64,000 bases of DNA from Cyanobium sp. NIES-981 (lineage in GTDB: Bacteria; Cyanobacteriota; Cyanobacteriia; PCC-6307; Cyanobiaceae), in contig CAMDEM010000003.1 of assembly GCA_945896675.1 (NCBI GenBank), forward strand, positions 25,000 through 88,999. The letters are read 5' to 3'. Under the pieces are notes generated by a model that was not told where the DNA came from, searched no databases, and saw only the letters and a program-made list of their open reading frames with translations. Below are positions 60,226-64,000 of this stretch, piece by piece (position 1 is the first letter of the stretch; each line of letters begins with the position of its first letter). Both the position numbers and the translations under genes were made by a program.

Positions 60226-61095
60226 TCAGGTGAGCTTGCGATCCAGCAATGGCCGAATCAGGAGAAACAACCCGGCGGCCAAACCAGCCAACACCATCAA
60301 GCAGGTGCCTGCGGTGAGGTCGCCGTAGGGGGCCTCCAACACCACGGCGGTGAGGGAGAACTGGCCGGCGTAGGCAGCGCGAATGGGTTCAATCGCGAAG
60401 GTAAGTGGATTCAGGGATGCAAGCCAGCCCAACCAGCTCGGCATGAACGACAAGGGTGCCAGGGCCGTGCTTGCAAACAAAAGCGGCAAGTTGGCCACGA
60501 AGATCACCGCGATCAACTCAATGTGACCCGGTAGGGCAAAGGCCAACCCCAGGCTCAAGGCCGTGACCGCAAACACCAACAGCAACAGGGTGATGAGCAC
60601 CAACAGCAGGCCCACCCCCCCTGGCCAGCCGTAGCCGAGCAGGGCAGCCGTTGCCATGATCGCCAAGCTCTGGACCAGGCTCAAGCTAGTGATGTAGAGC
60701 ACGGAAGCAAGCACGATCGAACTGCGGGAACGCAGGGGTGCCACGAGCAACCTGTTGAGAAAGCCAAATTCCCGATCAAACATCACCGGCAGACCGGCAT
60801 TGAGTGCCGCACTAAAGGCTGTGAACACGATCACCCCAGCGCCAAGGAACCGCCCGTAGCTGATGCCACCTGGCAGCAGACCTGCGGGAGCCTTGGCAAA
60901 CAGCGCCCCAAACAACACCAACCAAATCAGCGGTTGCAACACCCCGGCCACCAGGGTGGACGGCCGGCGCTGCAGCTGCAAAAACAGCCGCCTGGTGAGC
61001 GCCAGCGTTTCCTGACTGATCTCGGCCAGGGCGGAGGGCTGCTCGGCAGCGTCCGGCGAGCGATCGGAGATGGTGGGATTGGCGCTGGTCATCAC
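60226..61095 (-). CDS. ABC-2 type permease (DrrB-like)
   Basis: QPLIWL, DREFGFL, NPLT. Confidence 0.9.
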   Translation of the reverse strand: MMTSANPTISDRSPDAAEQPSALAEISQETLALTRRLFLQLQRRPSTLVAGVLQPLIWLVLFGALFAKAPAGLLPGGISYGRFLGAGVIVFTAFSAALNAGLPVMFDREFGFLNRLLVAPLRSRSSIVLASVLYITSLSLVQSLAIMATAALLGYGWPGGVGLLLVLITLLLLVFAVTALSLGLAFALPGHIELIAVIFVANLPLLFASTALAPLSFMPSWLGWLASLNPLTFAIEPIRAAYAGQFSLTAVVLEAPYGDLTAGTCLMVLAGLAAGLFLLIRPLLDRKLT

Positions 61096-62111
61096 ATGCT
61101 TGCTTTGCGTTCGGCTTTGGGATCGCGGCTACCGGCCACGGCCAGCTCCGCATCCATCAGGGTGCGGCCAGTGGCCTGGAGATACACATCATCCAGGCTC
61201 GGACGGCTTTGGGCTAGGGCAAAGACAGGCAAATCGGCGGTGGCCAATTGCTGGCGCAGTTGCTCCACTACCCCATCGTTCTCAATCACCAAGTTGAGCG
61301 AATAGCCCTGGGCCTGGTTGACCACCACCTGCCGCACCCCTGGGCAATCCCGGAGCAGGGCTTGCACCCTGGCCGCTTCGCTGGCATCACTGAATTCCCG
61401 CACCCGCAGGGTGAGCCGATCACCGCCCAAGGCCGCCTTGAGGGAGGAGGGGGCCCCTTCGGCAATCACGGTGCCCGATTCGATAATCGCCAGGTGATCG
61501 GCCAGGGCATCCACCTCCTCGAGGTAGTGGCTACTGAGCAGCACCGTGGTGCCGCCATCGCGGAGTTGGCGCAACACCTGCCAAATCGCCGCCCGACTCT
61601 CAATATCCAGACCCACGGTGGGCTCATCCAAGACCAACACCTGGGGACTGTGCAGCAAACCAGCTGCCAAATCGAGCCGGCGGCGCATGCCGCCCGAATA
61701 GCTGCCGCAACGGCGATCGATCCAATCGCCCATGCCCATCAGCTCGATCAATTCAGCGATGCGGCGGTCGCGCTGACGGCGTGGCAGGTGATAGAGGTCT
61801 CCCTGGAGCTGCAGCAATTCCCGCCCCGTCAGGATCTTGTCGATCGCCACGTCCTGGGCCACGTAGCCCAGCAAGCGGCGCACCCCCCGGGGATCGGCCA
61901 GGCCATCGAGGCCCGCCACCCGCACGGTGCCGCTATCGGGAGCGAGCAGGGTGCAGAGGATGCGCAGGGCCGTGGTTTTACCGGCGCCATTGGGGCCAAG
62001 CAAGCCATAGAGGCTGCCCGCCGGCACCTGCAAGGAGAGGTCATTGAGGGCCGGCACCGACGCACCCTTGGCAGCGGTGTAACGCTTGCTGAGCTGGTGC
62101 AGTTCAATCAC
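61092..62111 (-). CDS. ABC transporter ATP-binding protein (DrrA-like)
   Basis: GPNGAGKT, YSGGM, LDEPT, SHYLEE, PSLDDVYL. Confidence 0.93.
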   Translation of the reverse strand: MIELHQLSKRYTAAKGASVPALNDLSLQVPAGSLYGLLGPNGAGKTTALRILCTLLAPDSGTVRVAGLDGLADPRGVRRLLGYVAQDVAIDKILTGRELLQLQGDLYHLPRRQRDRRIAELIELMGMGDWIDRRCGSYSGGMRRRLDLAAGLLHSPQVLVLDEPTVGLDIESRAAIWQVLRQLRDGGTTVLLSSHYLEEVDALADHLAIIESGTVIAEGAPSSLKAALGGDRLTLRVREFSDASEAARVQALLRDCPGVRQVVVNQAQGYSLNLVIENDGVVEQLRQQLATADLPVFALAQSRPSLDDVYLQATGRTLMDAELAVAGSRDPKAERKASM

Positions 62112-62150
62112 CAACCAACCTCTCCGAGACGCATCACCCCTAAGCACCCC

Positions 62151-63155
62151 TTAGCGAAGGCCCAATGTAGGCAGCCCCGGCGGCCAGCTGGCCATCAACT
62201 GGGAGCCCAGCACCCCCGCTTGGGGGGTACGGGCCAGCAGGAGCAGCAAGCAGATGCCAAACAGGTAGAGGATCGACCAACGAAACAGGGCCCTGGCCGC
62301 CTGGGGATCCTCGGGCTGATCAGCCAAGCGGGATGTGAGCTGCAGCAAGCGGGCGTTAAACGGAAGCACCAGCAGGGCAAACAGGGCACCGCCACTGGGC
62401 AACGCCCAGAGGCCCAGCACACTCATGGCCACCGTGGCATAGGCGTAATGGCGAATCGCCCTGGCCGTCACAACAACCCCTTTGACCACCGGAAGCATCG
62501 GGATGCCAACGGAGCGGTAGTCATCCTTAAGCAGGAGGGCCAGGGCCCAGAAGTGGGCGGGAGTCCAGACCATCACCAGGGAGAACAGCCACCAGCTGGC
62601 CCAACCCAAATGGCCCGTGGCCGCCGCCGCCCCCACCAAGGGGGGGATGGCCCCTGCCACACCGCCCACCACGATGTTTTGGCTGGTGCGGGGTTTTAAA
62701 AGGGCGGTGTACAGCAGCACATAACTGCACAGGCCCAGCAACGAAAGGCTGGCCGCCAGGGGATTGACCCCCACCACCAAGATCAAGACCGACAGCGCCG
62801 TCAAGCCAATGGCGAGGCCAAACGCTTGGCGCTGGGCCAACCGCCCAGAGGGCAAGGCCCGGCGACTGGTGCGCTGCATGCGCCCATCGAGTTCCTGTTC
62901 CCAAAGACAATTCAGGACCCCCGCAGCGGCTGAGGCCAAGGCCCCTCCCACCAGGGCACAGGTGATCGTGGCGGCATCGAGCCAGCCATCAGCACTGACG
63001 GCCATGCCGGCCAGGGTGGTGGCCAGCAACAGGGGAATCAACCGCGGTTTCGCCACCTCCAACCAGGGCGGCAACACCACCGATGGCCTAATGCTTGGGC
63101 GGGCCACGCTGGGTTCTGGCCCCAATACAGGCTGTTGAAGCGGAGCGCTAACCAT
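62151..63155 (-). CDS. ctaB: protoheme IX farnesyltransferase (heme O synthase)
   Basis: [37 protein letters not shown]. Confidence 0.94.
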   Translation of the reverse strand: MVSAPLQQPVLGPEPSVARPSIRPSVVLPPWLEVAKPRLIPLLLATTLAGMAVSADGWLDAATITCALVGGALASAAAGVLNCLWEQELDGRMQRTSRRALPSGRLAQRQAFGLAIGLTALSVLILVVGVNPLAASLSLLGLCSYVLLYTALLKPRTSQNIVVGGVAGAIPPLVGAAAATGHLGWASWWLFSLVMVWTPAHFWALALLLKDDYRSVGIPMLPVVKGVVVTARAIRHYAYATVAMSVLGLWALPSGGALFALLVLPFNARLLQLTSRLADQPEDPQAARALFRWSILYLFGICLLLLLARTPQAGVLGSQLMASWPPGLPTLGLR

Positions 63156-64000
63156 GGGCCAACTCCTGACTGGGATGGGGCTGCAGAGGACCCAAAGCCC
63201 TCGCCAAAACAGCAGATAAAAGGGCCACCAGTAGGGCAGCCACCAATTGGTGGGCCACGGTGACAGCCGGCACCGCCAGTTGCAACTTCAGGGTCCAAAT
63301 GCCCAGGCCGATCTGCATGGCAACCAGGCCGATCGCCCCGAAGGCCAGGCCCTGCAGATGGCCCAGCCCGTGGGGGAGCAGGGGAGCCGTTGCGGCCATG
63401 AGGGCCACCCCACCTGCCGCCCCTAGGGCCAGCTGCCGGTGGGCAAGCAACCATTGGCAGGCCTCACCAGAAGCCAGGCACTGATCAGCAGCCCATTGGC
63501 TTGCCATCAAACCGCCAAGCAAGCACTGGCTGAATACCAAAACCAGGGCGAGGGCCGCCAGGGCCTGCCACCAGCGGGGCACGGCAGGGGTTTTCCTGAA
63601 TACTTCGGGCGCCATGTCTTCGGGCGCCATGTTTTCGGGCGCCATAGCCAGCCTCTGGTAGAGACCGCTGACCAGGGACACCAGCACCAAGGCCGTAGCC
63701 AAATGGGCCGTCACCAAAGGGGAGGCCAAGAGATGGGTCACGGTGAGGGCCCCCAGGGCTCCCTGGAAGGCCACCAAAGCCAAGGCCAGCGAGGCAATCC
63801 ACGGCAACCAGGTAGGCAGCCGCCTACGGAGGGCCACACCCACGCCAACGAAAACCAGCAGGGCCACGCCAACCACAAAGGCATCCAGGCGGTGGAACCA
63901 TTCCAAGAAGACCTGGACGTTCATCTGTTGGCCAGGCAAAAAGCGGCCGTAACAGAGGGGCCAATCTGGGCATGCCAAACCCGCTTCCATCACCCGGGTG
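63148..64000 (-). CDS. ctaA: heme A synthase (5' end beyond window)
   Basis: [27 protein letters not shown]. Confidence 0.92.
   Translation of the reverse strand, partial: TRVMEAGLACPDWPLCYGRFLPGQQMNVQVFLEWFHRLDAFVVGVALLVFVGVGVALRRRLPTWLPWIASLALALVAFQGALGALTVTHLLASPLVTAHLATALVLVSLVSGLYQRLAMAPENMAPEDMAPEVFRKTPAVPRWWQALAALALVLVFSQCLLGGLMASQWAADQCLASGEACQWLLAHRQLALGAAGGVALMAATAPLLPHGLGHLQGLAFGAIGLVAMQIGLGIWTLKLQLAVPAVTVAHQLVAALLVALLSAVLARALGPLQPHPSQELAHG
63601..63645 (-). repeat. three 15-bp tandem units inside ctaA ([15 protein letters not shown])
   Basis: TTCGGGCGCCAT repeated with period 15. Confidence 0.9.

Overview
GC-rich, gene-dense core chromosome of a picocyanobacterium, most likely Cyanobium/Synechococcus cluster 5. 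This is inferred from psaF-psaJ, petC-petA, petG, chlI, an hli gene, crtL, the guaB-Yfr1-trxA-hisH arrangement and HIP1-type GGCGATCGCC palindromes. About 65 CDS can be supported, mostly housekeeping (folD, leuA, gyrA, ruvC, hom, ychF, wecB, pilT2, tsaD, gmk, tatC, lgt, cobM, ppx, ubiA, ispD, fabG, groEL2, nanE, ctaB/ctaA). There is also tRNA-Val(CAC) and the Yfr1 sRNA; petG and psaJ are missing from the supplied ORF track. I see no transposase, integrase, prophage, CRISPR array or defence island. The strongest novelty candidate is a 398-aa ORF (9527-10723, -) apparently co-transcribed with gyrA-crtL, which looks like a divergent alpha-acetolactate-decarboxylase-fold zinc protein fused to a CARDB domain. 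Other leads: a translationally coupled SemiSWEET-Fluc-Fluc operon, several apparent pseudo-enzymes (DUF39, LabA/NYN, GT9), an orphan NikL/CbiL-like His-N-terminal protein, a structured intergenic region with a possible NtcA promoter, and recurrent short in-frame tandem duplications. All family calls are by motif recognition from memory; no searches were run.
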